A stretch of DNA of 64,000 nucleotides from Salpingoeca rosetta (GCA_033442325.1 JAWQFM010000002.1:87174-151173), one strand, 5' to 3'; counted from the stretch's first letter, positions 1 through 38,786 are shown. The notes: generated by a model not told the origin, from the sequence alone. Numbers and translations are program-made.

Positions 1-139
1 AGACACAAGCCAAGGAGGCCACGGTACGTGAGAAATTGCATGTGTGTGGACTGCGTGCGCGTTTATGAGCCCAAGCGTGTGTCTGAGTATGTGCGCGTGC
101 GAGTGTGTGTGTGTGTGCGCGCGTACGAGTGTCTGAGTA

Positions 140-215
<76 letters not shown>

Positions 216-2200
216 CATGGGCGACCCTGACTCAAGCATGAGTTCGCATGCACGTGCTGAGCACACTCGCAACCAACCACGCTTACAGCCACACACCTCC
301 GTGCACACTGACGATTGCTGCTCGCCCGCGAAACCCACGTTTGCTTCACAGGCACGACAGAGGGACATGGAACTGCGAGTGAAGATGTTGCGGGAGCAGC
401 TTGCACAGACCGAAAAACAGCTGAAACAAGCAGATGCCTCAGCGTCCACCATCAAGGTGCGCGCGTGTGTACAAGTATGTGTGTGTGTGTGTATGTGTGA
501 ATGGCTTGGGCACACACCGTGCATTGATACTGATGTGGCCGGCACTGCTCCATAGCTCATGCTTGATGGGGGGGGGTTCCTTATGCGCGTGAATCGTGTG
601 CACGCGCACCAATTGTACGCGATGCGCGTTGCTCTGCCCATTGTATTGCTTCGAGCCATGCACTGTCATGTCCATCAACCACCAGCCTACCAACAAGTTT
701 GCCAATCAATTCCTCATGCGTGTCTGCACTCCCCCCCCCCCCGAAACACACACCAACACCATCACCATCAGCTTGAGGTCCAGTCCTTGCGCGCTCGCTT
801 GAGAGCTCGTGAGGACGCGGGAACGCAAATCGCCACTCTGCAACAAGGTGCGCCTGCCCGCTTTCGTGGTTGTGTGTGGTTGTGAGTGGTTGTGAGTGTG
901 GGTGCTGTTTACGAATGGGTGTGTATTCAGGCCTTCGAAGTTGACGTGCTCTCGTTGTATGCTGTGTCTGTGACTGTGCATGCGAGCAGAGCTGAAGACA
1001 GCAACAGCAGACAAGCACAAGCTTAGCTCGTGTGTTGAGCAACTGCACGCAAAGGTGAGGGCGGGCGAAGATGCTCCGTGCTTCGTCTGCACGTTCATGC
1101 GTGAGCCTACTTTGCCCGTGATGCACCACCAGAGTTTCATGCGAGCTACCCATTCAAGGCTTTTCTTTTCTCATCACGCACGTACACTACCCTTGTGTGA
1201 TTTTATCTTGTGTGTGTGTGTGCGTGTGTGCGCGCGCAGCTGAGGAATGCGGAGTTTGAGCAAACGAAGCAAGCGCAGCACATCCAAGCACTGGAAGCGG
1301 ACCAGCGCGCGCAAACGCGGGAGCTGGAGCGGTTGCGGCGGCAGAGCAGCCGGTGGGGCGACCAGCAACAGCAGCAACGGCATCACCACCAACAGGAAGC
1401 ACGAGAACACGAGCAGATACAGCGTACACCCAATCCGCGATGGCCGGCAAGACAACAGCAACAGCAACAACAACATGGTTCCGTGGGCGAGCCTGTGTAT
1501 GATCAGGGGAGAAAGGGGAGACGTGGGCGGATCTCATTAGTAGCAGGAAAGAGCACAGCAGATGTGCGCGAGCGAAGCGCTGTTGACACGCCACTGAGAG
1601 GCGGGGGGATGGTGCGCGCTGACGACAACGATGGCCGTGGTGGACATGGCACTGGCATTGGTGGTGATACCAAGTTGACGGAAGAGATGCTGAAGCTGAG
1701 GGAAGACAACCTGCGGCTGCAGGATGTGGTGACTGCTCTCAAACGCGTGCAGACGGATCTCATGGGAGAGGTGCGCTGGTCGTGTATGCGGGTTCGTGTA
1801 CACATCTGGTCTGCGATGGCAAGGGAATAGTGGGTGGGAGGCCACATTCATCGCTGAATCACACAACGCCATTGTGTTCGGACTTGGCGGTGTGCATTTG
1901 CTCACAACACACACACACACACATGCACTTGCTGCAGGTTTCGCGGCTTCGCAAGTTGTTGTCGATGCACACAAATCTGCAGGAGCAACCGAAGCAACTG
2001 CTCAAATTGGTGCGAAGACAGCTTGCGTGATGTTCTTTAAGCTTGCGTGCAAGCGAGTGCTGAAACATGGCATGTGTGATGTCACCACGTGTAGTGCTCA
2101 TTGCAACCGTTGTACATGAACACACAGGACGACGTGCTGGAGAGCGTGTCAAAGATTCGCCAGCAACAGCGAACAGCAGCCCTGGAGCAGGTGTGTGTCT

Positions 2201-2236
<36 letters not shown>

Positions 2237-2253
2237 CTCTGTGTATGTGTGTG

Positions 2254-2332
<79 letters not shown>

Positions 2333-3626
2333 GTGCATGTGGCTTATGCGCGTGTAATTGCACAAGAAGCGTGCAGCTTTTTGCACATTGGAACAGCCAT
2401 GCAATGTTCATCATTTGCATCACAGTGCCAACTTAAACGCAAGCACACACGCATTCTCATCAATGCCTTTTGCCACATCCAACACGTCCCTCCCCCAACG
2501 AAACTGTCCCGTTCAGATGGAGGACTTGGCTGCCATCAACCGCACGCTGCAGGGTGCATATGCCCGCTCCCGGATGGCGTCACAGTCGTTCACGGCCGAT
2601 CGGTTTGCATCATCGTCCGAGACGGATGTTTATTCCACCGAGAGCAACAGTCCTACCGCCGATGCAGCTTCGGTATTGTTGTTTGAAGTTGTTATTGTTT
2701 ACGTTGTTGTTTGGGTTGGTTTTGTTGCGGTTGGCGTCGCCGTTTTCATGGAAGCGTGAATGCTCATCAACACACACACATGCACGTGCACGTGTCGCGT
2801 GTGTAGGTGTATGGAGGCGACTTGTATGGTGGACTCGTTCGAGAAACAGGTTTTCAGCTGTCTCCCGCGCATGCTGATCCAGTCTCCTTTGACGTCGTTT
2901 GTCATCCGTCCACGGCAGCATACACATTTGGTTCGTCAATGCTGTGCACGCACCAGTGATGGTGCCACGCTCATGCACACATACACGCACACACGCATAC
3001 ACACGCATACATGTTGCATGCTGACCTCACCGCATACTGTTCCGTGTGCGTGTGTGTGTGTGTGTGTGCGTGTGTGTGTGTGTATCACTGCTGCAACAGG
3101 GCTGCAGGGTCCATGCCGCCTTGTGCTCTCTGAGAACGACGTGCGCATCCAGCACATGTCAACACGACGCCAGCACGCGTGGCCCTGGCACAGCATCGCC
3201 AGGTCAGATAATACGCACATAATCGCCCCCGTGTGATTGGCCCCTGTTTGTGTATGTGCATGTGTGAAAGCTGTATCTCACGCAGATGCGTTGTGATGGT
3301 CAAACTGCATCACTGTCAGGCTTGTGCGAGACGAGGCGTACGTGAGCTTACTCGTGGACGGTGTTGACGGGTAAGCGCACTTTGCGTGTGTGTGTTTGTG
3401 TGTGTGTGTGCACTTGTCTTGTTTTGATCTTGCTCGTCTGTGTTGCATGTGTGCATGCACGCGTGCCTGCCGTTGTGTCAAGTCTGGCAGTTGTTGGGTC
3501 GCGCGTTCTTGTTCCAGCCTCATGCCGCCATGTTCATGATCTCTATCGTATAGACGGGAACTCGAGCTGCTCATGTATTCGGACGAAGCCGATCGAATCG
3601 CAAAGACTTTCAGCCTCTTCGTCTAA
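1..3626 (+). CDS. Coiled-coil protein with C-terminal IRS/DOK-type PTB-like domain (multi-exon, 5' end outside window)
   Basis: GT-AG exons approx. 352-456, 772-847, 990-1053, 1240-1770, 1938-2009, 2128-2190, 2517-2671, 2807-2930, 3100-3202, 3320-3370, 3554-3626. Early exons are heptad-rich (ELRVKMLREQLAQTEKQLKQ; EMLKLREDNLRLQDVVTALKRVQ). The last exons join in phase to FDVVCHPSTAAYTFGLQGPCRLVLSENDVRIQ...WPWHSIARLVRDEAYVSLLVDGVDGRELELLMYSDEADRIAKTFSLFV*, which resembles the DOK/FRS2 PTB pattern. Confidence 0.65.
2256..2331 (+). repeat. (CT)n microsatellite, intronic
   Basis: Directly visible. One of many intronic simple repeats; (GT)n, (CA)n, (GTCT)n and (CACT)n tracts occur throughout. Confidence 0.95.
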
Positions 3627-4354
3627 CACATGCATGTCTGCAACTGTTGCATGTTCGTGCACAAGCGCTGTTGAACGCACGAGGGTTTTTTCTTCCTGTG
3701 AATGGTAAACCCTTCGTTGTGAAAGTTGTTTCCTTGGCGTTATCATGGGTCGTCACACCTGTTCTTGGGGCACCTGTTACACAGTCGCACGCTGATCCTT
3801 GAGCGTGTGCGCCTCGTTCCTTCACTGTTGTCCCTGGCTTCTGGACCTCACACTTCTTTCTGGCTGTTGTCATTGACCCTCGTTTCTATTTGTGGTGGCT
3901 TTGCACTTGTTCATTTCTTGCCTCTTGTGATCCTTGAAGGATGCACGCTGTTGATGTTCAACCCACGACTACACGACCTCTTTCGTCTCCAAAGCAGAAA
4001 ATACACACAAAACACAGACACTCGCACACGTCTCTATGTGTGCTCCTTTGTAGTGTGTCTGCGTCTGTATCTGTATCTGTGTGTGTGTGTGTGTCTGTCT
4101 GTCTGTGTCTGTGTGTGTTGGGGTATGCGTTGTGGTATCAGTTGGTGCGTAATTGACTTCGAATTGTGTACTTGGTCACGCGATGCAGAAGGAAGCAACC
4201 ATAGATGGCAATAAACCATGATCAACATGTCTCGAGCAATACACAACACACACACCCCAATACATAACACACAACACAGCACACTCACACACACACACAC
4301 ACACAAACACGTCCAAAGTGCCACTGAGCATATCATGCAAGCCGCACGTCAAGC

Positions 4355-7300
4355 TCAAAAGTACACGCGGGCAATGTGCTGCATAATCTCGTGCAGCAGC
4401 TCTGCTGTCTCCTTGTCGTCGTCGTTGTCCAAGAGCTCAGCCCGCTTGTCTGCCAGCCACTGCAGCAGGATCGCCTTGCCCTCAAGCAACCGGAGCATGG
4501 CAGATCGGACAGTACCGGGCGAGAACACGTAGGAAAGCAGCAGCGACTCCCAATCCGAAGCAACCTTCGCACGAATGTATCCCCTTGGGTTGGCATGCAG
4601 CACACGGCGAGGGCGCTCCCGAAGCCGCGTGAAATAAGACGAGTGAAGCATCTTGCCGGGTTTGCACATGAGACCAAAGTCCACGATGCAGCCGTTGGGC
4701 AGGATGTTGTGCGAGCGGATGTCGCAGTGACAGAGATTGTTCTTCGACAAAATAAGGAGGTATCCAGCAGCGGTTGTAAGCGCCTCCTTGTCCTTGATGC
4801 CCGTGCCTCTTTCGGTCGGCGCTAGATGGGGAAAGGCAAGAACAAGACGCAAATCAAGGAAACGGCGTGACCGCTCGAGCACTTCCACCTTTTCGTCCGG
4901 ATAGAGCAGTTGCCAGGCCTGCAGCTCCCTGTCAGCCTCCTCTTCCCTGACACCCAGCTCTTCCAATTCCGTTTCCGCGGAATAGTAAGAGTTAATTCTC
5001 CTAATTGCAGCCACCTCTTTCCTGGCAGCCTCCACTGTTCTGTAGACCTTCCGAGAACGATAAACGCCCTGGCCGCTACACACCTTCAACATCTTGCCGT
5101 TCACCATTGCAACCGCTGCCGTGTCTTCGCCGCCTTTGTAGACGCACATCTCGTATCTCGTGGCAACTTTGGCAGACCTGGCCCTGGCTCTTTTGGTGAC
5201 TGCATGCTGACGCTGCTCAGCCTTGCTGCTGCCTGCTGTGTCAGTCTTGGTGTCTGCTTTGGTGCTTGGTGTTCTTGTTGGGGCTGTTGTGGTGGCGGAA
5301 CGAGATGGTGTTGTGGATGGTGTTGTGGATGGTGTTTTGGATGGTGTTTTGGATGGTGTTGTGGATGTTGTTGTGGCTTTGCCTGCCTTGGGTTGCTGAC
5401 GCCGTCGCCGTGCGGTCGCGGCTGTGGTCGGGCGGGTTTTCTTCACTGTGCGGCTACGCCCGGTACCCGGTCTTGCTGGCGTGCTCGAAGCGGCGCGACT
5501 TGCGGCTTGACGTGTCTTCGCTTGCTGGCGCTGGCGCTGCTCCTTTGTGGTTGCTGGTGCGGAGTGGTCGGTTTTCTTCACGACCGCGCTAGCAGGCCCG
5601 CCGCTGCGTGTTTGTGACACTCTGGAGGCGCCGCGAGTTGCCGGTCTGCGTGTCTTTGCCTGGTGGCCCCGACCCTGCTGCGGTGCGGGTTTGGCTTTGG
5701 CCTTGCCCTTGGCTTCGGCTTTGGCTTCGGCTTTGGCATTGGCTTTGACTTTGACTTTGGTTTTGGCCTTGGCTGTCTTTGCGCTGCACTGCGTGTCGAC
5801 AGCCTGCTGTTGTGGCGTGGACTCTGCCTGGGCTTCCTCCTCCTTGTCGCTGGTGCTGGTGGTGCTGGTGGTTGGGCAAGCAGGCGGGTCCGAGGCGCTG
5901 TCAGTTGTGGCTGTCGTCTCAGGCGCAAGTGCTGGGGTTGAGGGAGAAGGGTCCTCTCGTCCCTGTGTGTGTGTGTGTGTGATTGCGGAGGTGGGTGGCA
6001 TCGTTGATGTTTGAACACAAGAAAGAAGGTGCACGAGGGGTGTGTCTTGATGGCAGAATACCAAACCAAGACAGTAACAGAGCAAGAGGGCAAGAGAGCT
6101 GGAGGGCTCAACATCACGAATGCAACGGCTACCTGGGCAATGGCGGAAATCATCTCGTAATGCGCCATGTGCTCTTCGTCGAGCAGCCACTCAATGACAT
6201 GCCCAAGCCTGTTCAACTGAATCCCGCGACCAAGGTAGCAATGTGAGCGCAGCGTCCAACGAGAATTACCAGTAGACAAGGCAACAGCCAGTCGACAGCA
6301 ACTGCACAGATGCACGTGCTGGATCATGTGTGCCACATACACCCACACACACTCACACCCACACACACTTACAGACACACACACACAGACACACAAAAAC
6401 ACAATGCACATACAAACACACAATGCAAACACCCTCCTTCACTGTTCGCACATGTGGTGGCAACTCACGTGGATGTCGCCAAGTTTTGTGTAAAGGACAC
6501 TGGGAAAGGCCTCGCCACCGTGCATCTCCTCACCCAGTGTGCACGCGTACACGGACACTGTATTCGCGCAGACGGTGATGGCGAAGGGGAACAAGTATCC
6601 GTTCAACCGACGCCACTCCGGGCCTGCGGACTTGATGGCCTTTGCTGCGTACTCCAGCACCTGCGCCTTGGCAGCATCCTGCGCCCGCTTGCCGTTGCGG
6701 GTCTTGAGCTCAATCACCAGCGGGTAGCAGTCATAGTTTGAGACCAGACGCACAGCATAGTCAACACGAACAGCGGGGTCAGCTTCAAACGACGCTTTGC
6801 TCTTGACGTCTACCGCTGCTCCAGCACACGCCTCGACCAGGGGCCCGTAAATGCGGTCGTTGAACCGCCTTTCCCGTGACGGAACGGAAAAATAAAAGTC
6901 TGCAGTGCAGTGGGCGTACACAGGGCAGCGTTGTTGTGAGAGACAGAGAGATACTGTCCTTCAGGCTTCTTAGGAGGAGCACACACATATGCTGTGCAAG
7001 CAAACACATACGCACAAATACGCAGACGCAGGCAGGCAGGCAGGCACGCACACACACATGCCACGTTCTCTCATGGACAGCACGCTCACATGTACACATG
7101 AACATAGCAAGCAAGCGCATCCTCCACAGTGACCCTACCTGGCGTTTCGTCCCTGCGCTCAAACACTTGAAACCATTCGTTGTGCAGATGCCAGTCAGGG
7201 CAGAGAAGCTTGGCAGAGAATGGCTGCGCATAGACTGTTCTGTGGGCGACATCCACGTCCTTCTTCTTCTCCGTGGCAGCGTGGCGGGGCTCCACGCTCG

Positions 7301-7411
7301 ACTGCAAATCTGTATGAACCACACGAACAGCCAGAATGAGTTCCAACAATGCGCCAGACGGAGTGCTCAAGCACAGCGGTGCTCGCAGCAACAGCACTGA
7401 TGTACACGCAC

Positions 7412-7486
<75 letters not shown>

Positions 7487-8250
7487 CACACACACGCACG
7501 CACGCACACGAAACAACGGTGCATGTGTTCACTCAGCCACATATGTGAGACACACCGAGCAACAAGGGCAAGGTCAACGCACCTTGTCGAAACTGCCCCA
7601 ACTCTTTGCACTCGGCCGGTCCTTTGCGTGCGATGTCGTCAAGACGACGAAGGAAGCTTTCCGCCTCGTCGAAGGTCACCTGCGTCTCTTCCGTGTCCAC
7701 CACTCTGTGAATTTCCTGCAGCAGGGTCTGGATGTCTTCAGTGAAGGACAGCTTCATCATGTCTTCCACGTATCTCGTTGTCTCATATTGGTTGCGGACA
7801 TACTCAAGTGGAAGGGTTTCAATCCCATTCTTGGTTGCAATTGTCCGGATCTGCTCGGCGAAGGTGTGGTATTGTGAATCGCCGTCTTGCTTCTTGTCGT
7901 CAAAGAGCTTCTTGTACTCTTTCTGTGCTGCTTGCAGATATGCGCGCGCAAGAACACCAACCTGAACGGAGGGGTGGGGGAAGAAGTGGGTTGAACAAGA
8001 TATACAGCAGGTGCCCACAAGTGAGAAGGAGAGGTAATCTTGCTGTGGCGCATGTTGGCGGCATTTGTGGGCAGATGCCACTTTCCAAGTGTACACACAC
8101 ACACACACACACACACGCCGTGTGTTGCATTCAACAAGTCCAAACGTCACCCACCTCGCCTGCCGGCACGGTTGTGTAGATCACAGGAACATCATCTTCG
8201 GCTGTGTCGGCCATGTACGTCTCCTCCGTGCTCTCAAAGGACGAGTTGCG
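4355..8250 (-). CDS. Multi-domain protein: helical N-terminal region + PD-(D/E)XK restriction-endonuclease-like domain + T/A/K-rich linker + atypical protein kinase (Crinkler/CR-effector-like)
   Basis: Phase-compatible exons 8250-8155, 7961-7583, 7396-7139, 6899-6469, 6216-6133, 5962-4355. The true start is unresolved (possible ATG at 8646). Exon 6899-6469 encodes RVDYAV...PLVIELK...AQVLEY (D..ExK plus QxxxY). The last exon encodes KVY..AARKEV, HCDIRSHNIL, DFG and DWESLLLS. Confidence 0.75.
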
Positions 8251-8763
8251 CTTGTTGCGTGATGTATGCGTGTGTTGCATGTGTTTGCGCATTGTATGTG
8301 CGTGTGTGTGCGTGTGTGTGTGCGTGTTGCACGTGTGCGTATTGTGTGCATGTGCGTGCGTGCGTAGTGTGTGTGTGCGTAACATTAGCATTGTGTGAAA
8401 CAAAAGCGCGGGTTTGTCCAGCAGCCTAGGCCTAGCAGAGAGCAGGCACATGGTTCAACCACTTCACCATGTCAGAAGCCACATGGAGTGACGCCCTTGT
8501 CAGTTCAGTGTCTCCATCCCCTTCCCCCTCAACCGCCTTTCCGCCTCCTCTTTCAAGGAGGTCTAGCAGGCAGGCAAAGGCAGGTCTCAGGGTCTCACCT
8601 CGTTTGGGATCTTGAAGTCCCACACAGGCACACTCCACACAGGCATGATATTCGTTCGACGGGTTCCTCCTCGTGCGTGTGGTTTGAAAAAACCCCGGGA
8701 AAGGCGGATGCGAAAAATGGTAATGATGCACATAGAATTCATCACCACGGACAGTGCAACAAC

Positions 8764-23620
<14,857 letters not shown>

Positions 23621-23890
23621 CCTTGCAGCAGGTGTACACTCTGCTTAGCAGGCAAACAAGGCTGCTGAGTTGGGAAGTCGAGTGATGGAGTGTGAGAGGA
23701 GTGTGTGTGTGTGTGTTGTGTGTGTGTGTGTGTGTGTTGTGTGTGTGTGTGTGTGAGTGAGTGTGTGAGAGAGAGCAACACACAGAGCAGTGCGCTTTCC
23801 TCTCCACGCGTTCTTGTGTTGTGTAATTGGGCACTCGCAGTTGTGACGATTAGTGAATGTTTCCCATTATTTTCGGCAGTCAGGCGGAAG
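23621..23890. promoter_or_regulatory. Putative bidirectional promoter between POLR3A and TAF2
   Basis: 270 bp between divergent ATGs. Confidence 0.5.
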
Positions 23891-35023
<11,133 letters not shown>

Positions 35024-35352
35024 GTAGAGATGTGTCTGTCTATCTGTGTGTCTGTGTGTGTGTGTGTGTGTGTGTCTGTCTGTGTGTGTGTCTGTGTGTG
35101 TGTGTGTGCGTGCGTGTGTGTCTGTGTGTCTGTGTGTCTGTGTGTCTGTGTGTGTGACACTGTGTGTGACACTGTGTCGCTGTGTGACACTATGTGACAC
35201 TGTGACAGCCCTCGGCACACACGCGCTCTTGTATGAGAGCCGTTCCCCCCCCCCGGCCCCCACGCGACGTTTTGTGGTGGTCACTGACGTGCGTACGTGC
35301 GTGTGTGTGTGTGGCTTTGTGCACTGTTGGCACTTGTTGACAGGGGACGGGG

Positions 35353-35985
35353 NNNNNNNNNNNNNNNNNNNNNNNNNNNNNNNNNNNNNNNNNNNNNNNN
35401 NNNNNNNNNNNNNNNNNNNNNNNNNNNNNNNNNNNNNNNNNNNNNNNNNNNNNNNNNNNNNNNNNNNNNNNNNNNNNNNNNNNNNNNNNNNNNNNNNNNN
35501 NNNNNNNNNNNNNNNNNNNNNNNNNNNNNNNNNNNNNNNNNNNNNNNNNNNNNNNNNNNNNNNNNNNNNNNNNNNNNNNNNNNNNNNNNNNNNNNNNNNN
35601 NNNNNNNNNNNNNNNNNNNNNNNNNNNNNNNNNNNNNNNNNNNNNNNNNNNNNNNNNNNNNNNNNNNNNNNNNNNNNNNNNNNNNNNNNNNNNNNNNNNN
35701 NNNNNNNNNNNNNNNNNNNNNNNNNNNNNNNNNNNNNNNNNNNNNNNNNNNNNNNNNNNNNNNNNNNNNNNNNNNNNNNNNNNNNNNNNNNNNNNNNNNN
35801 NNNNNNNNNNNNNNNNNNNNNNNNNNNNNNNNNNNNNNNNNNNNNNNNNNNNNNNNNNNNNNNNNNNNNNNNNNNNNNNNNNNNNNNNNNNNNNNNNNNN
35901 NNNNNNNNNNNNNNNNNNNNNNNNNNNNNNNNNNNNNNNNNNNNNNNNNNNNNNNNNNNNNNNNNNNNNNNNNNNNNNNNNNNNN
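35353..35985. other. Assembly gap (N)
   Basis: N run. Confidence 1.
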
Positions 35986-36339
35986 AAAATGACCCCCTTC
36001 ACAACCCGCTATCCGTGGAGGTGCTCCCCCTGGTCCGCTTGACGATTACTCCCAAACCAGTCTCAGACACTGAAGTGTGAGGTGGAGATCGACCCACCGC
36101 CCAAAGAAATGGGGACGGAAGTGTGGCTGATTCCTTTGTTGCAGGCGCTTAGCTTAGAAACCGTGGACCTTGACCTGTTGCGTTGAAAGGGGGTGGTGTT
36201 GAGAGCGGGGACAAGATATGTGATGCAAAGCAGCACGTGAGTTGAGCAGAGATGCAAGCGCGTATGGGGTGTTTGCGGCAAGGTGCGACTGACAGTGGGT
36301 CAAGGCAAATTGAACAAACAAGAAGAAGCAAGGAACAAA

Positions 36340-36404
36340 AAAGGAGCAAGCAGCAACAAAGGAGCAAGCAGCAACAAAGGAGCAAGCAGCAACAAAGGAG
36401 CAAG
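36340..36404 (+). repeat. 18-nt minisatellite (AAAGGAGCAAGCAGCAAC), about 3.5 copies
   Basis: Directly visible. Confidence 0.85.
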
Positions 36405-36520
36405 GAACAAGGAACAAAGTGCGAGTGGGCAGCGACGAACCTGATCTTGGCCAGCAATACCGACACCAACCAAAAAGTCCTTGACGTTCTTTCTTTGGTC
36501 ACCCTGATTGAAGAAGAAGA

Positions 36521-36614
<94 letters not shown>

Positions 36615-37127
36615 TGTGAGTTGGGATGCGCAGTAGTTGGTCACATCGCGCGAGTTGTTCACAACAACGATTGATCACACCAACTGCTGATTCTTTGCTG
36701 TCGACGGACACCAGCACTTAACACATGTACGTGCACACACGCACAGCTACGTATGCACACACGCACGCACCGTGTGCTTGGAGGTTCTGGATCGACATGG
36801 CTGCTTGGTGTGTTCGTTCGAGATGTGCTGTTGTGCTGTGTGTCTTGTGTGTGTGAATGGCGTCTGCCCTTGTGGTCTCTTCTGTCGTGGCGCGTGTGTG
36901 CTTTTCTGGTTATGGCGTAGACTGAATTCAGTTTTACATTGTCGTTTATGTAATTTTATGCTGTCGCAGCAACAAACTCAATAAGCGCAATGGACACAGA
37001 AAGCTCCAACAAAGCTCCAACGCTCTCCCCACCCCCCCCCCCCCTCCGCGCCTGCGCTTACCCCTACCCCACACAACCATACAACAGAACACTCCTCAAC
37101 AACACACATCACAATTTGAGCACACAT

Positions 37128-38786
37128 TCACTTCTTCTTGAAGAAGGAGCTGAAGACGGAGCTGTCCTTTGCCTTTTTGCGCATGACACCACGGGACGCT
37201 GTGGTGTAAGTCGAAGGCGCCGAGGCGCGCTGGTTGCAGTGCATCTGCATCATGGCCGTGGCCTTGTACCTGCCAGCGCCATTGTAGGCCGCGGGCGTGC
37301 TGAAGTTGCCCTGGCACTCGTCCATGTCCGTGAGCAGCTGCTGGATGTAATCGTCCGCGGCCGCCTCCGTGCGCATGGCTGCGCTGGTCGTGGTCAGGTT
37401 TGCCTGTGCCGACGCAAAGTCGCCGCGACGCGCTGCCTGCAGCGCTTCCCGCATGGCGTTGGCGGCCTCCACGCGCCGCACCTGCCGACGCACGTTCTTG
37501 TCGGGCTGAGCCTTGGGCGGCGCCTGTGCCGGCCGCGTCAGCGTCAGCGAAGCCGTCTCCTTCTCAAACGCTGCGCTGATTACGTTCACATACTCCAGCA
37601 CGGCCGCAGCATACGTCACGTGCGGCACGCCCACATCCTCTGGGCGCGGCTTCTTCACATCATCATCACACTTGGCCGCTGTCTCTGTGTCCTTCTCCTC
37701 CTGCTGCTCTTCCTCCTTCTCTGCGTCTTTCTCTGATGCTGGCTTGACGTCATCGCCATCGCCCTCGTCGTCCTCATCCTCGTCGTCGTCGTTGTTGTGA
37801 ACAGCAGCGGCGGTGGTGGTGGTGGTGGTGGTGGTGCGGTCGTTCTTGTCTGGCTGCGGCAACTCGAGTGGCGGGATGTCCAGCTCCACCAGGAGGTCCC
37901 GCTGCTCCTCGGCCTGGATGTCGCCCAGCTGGATCTCCGCCCGCGTGCGATCCGAGGACACCGTGTGCTGGCGCTGCGTGTGCAGGGTGGTGATCTTGGC
38001 GCCGTTCTGCGTGGTGATGGTGACCTTGACGTTCTGGCCGACGACGGAGAGCAGGCCGCCCAGGCAGTCGCCAAAGGACTCCGGGATGGTGTCGTTGTTC
38101 TCAATGTAGTAGTACATGCCGTTGCCCACCTCGGACAGGTCCTTGAGCAGCTCCTCCTCGTGGTTGCTGCCGTAGCCAAAGGTGTAGAGGGAGTAGCTTG
38201 GGTTGTCGCCCATGAGCTGGCGCGTGGCGGTGATGAGGTTGGGCCCGCGCACGCCCTCGTTGGCGATGCCGTCTGTCATGAGCAGCACAGAGGACACGCT
38301 GGCTGCAGACCGCTCGCGGCCCTGCATCATCTCAATCCCCTTGAAGAGCCCGCCGCTGAGGTTGGTGCAGCGCTGCGCGCGCAGCGTGGACAGGGCGGCC
38401 GTCGCCGTGCGCTTGCCCTCAGCGTCCATGCGTGTGAGCGGGAAGGCAACGCTCACGTCGGAGTGGTACACGACGAGGCCCATGTGGTCCGTTTGCGACA
38501 GGTTCTTGATGAGAAACTCCAGCGTGGCCTTGGCAAGGTCCAGCTTGGAGCCGGACATGGATCCGCTCACGTCAATCACGGCCACAATGTCCACCGCCCC
38601 GCGCGCGGCTTCCTCGCCCTGGTACTCTGGCGCCTGCACATGGAACACGCTGTTGATCTTGTGCCGCTGTCCACGCGAGTAAGCCACAAACTCGCTTGTG
38701 CTCTCAAACGTCAGCCGCGCCGCGACAGAGCTGTTGGGAGCTTGTGCAGTGGCTGGCTGCTGCCCTTGCTGATCCTGGTCTGCCAT
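37128..38786 (-). CDS. Intronless von Willebrand factor A (VWA) domain protein with intact MIDAS motif and a Vwaint/WAV3-like C-terminal region
   Basis: Single ORF from MADQDQQG (38786). Motifs DIVAVIDVSGSM, TNLSGGL, VLLMTDG, YTFGYG.NH and FGDCLGGLLSVV. The C-terminus MHCNQRAS..YTT resembles plant RING-VWA proteins. Confidence 0.88.
   Translation of the reverse strand: MADQDQQGQQPATAQAPNSSVAARLTFESTSEFVAYSRGQRHKINSVFHVQAPEYQGEEAARGAVDIVAVIDVSGSMSGSKLDLAKATLEFLIKNLSQTDHMGLVVYHSDVSVAFPLTRMDAEGKRTATAALSTLRAQRCTNLSGGLFKGIEMMQGRERSAASVSSVLLMTDGIANEGVRGPNLITATRQLMGDNPSYSLYTFGYGSNHEEELLKDLSEVGNGMYYYIENNDTIPESFGDCLGGLLSVVGQNVKVTITTQNGAKITTLHTQRQHTVSSDRTRAEIQLGDIQAEEQRDLLVELDIPPLELPQPDKNDRTTTTTTTTAAAVHNNDDDEDEDDEGDGDDVKPASEKDAEKEEEQQEEKDTETAAKCDDDVKKPRPEDVGVPHVTYAAAVLEYVNVISAAFEKETASLTLTRPAQAPPKAQPDKNVRRQVRRVEAANAMREALQAARRGDFASAQANLTTTSAAMRTEAAADDYIQQLLTDMDECQGNFSTPAAYNGAGRYKATAMMQMHCNQRASAPSTYTTASRGVMRKKAKDSSVFSSFFKKK

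Noticed and set aside
3543-3990. Minus-strand short ORFs as a separate gene
   Set aside because: Overlap the last PTB exon and probable 3' UTRs; no coherent exon chain.
4355-8250. Nuclease-kinase gene as an autonomous transposon
   Set aside because: No terminal repeats, RT or DDE domain seen; it has ordinary spliceosomal introns.
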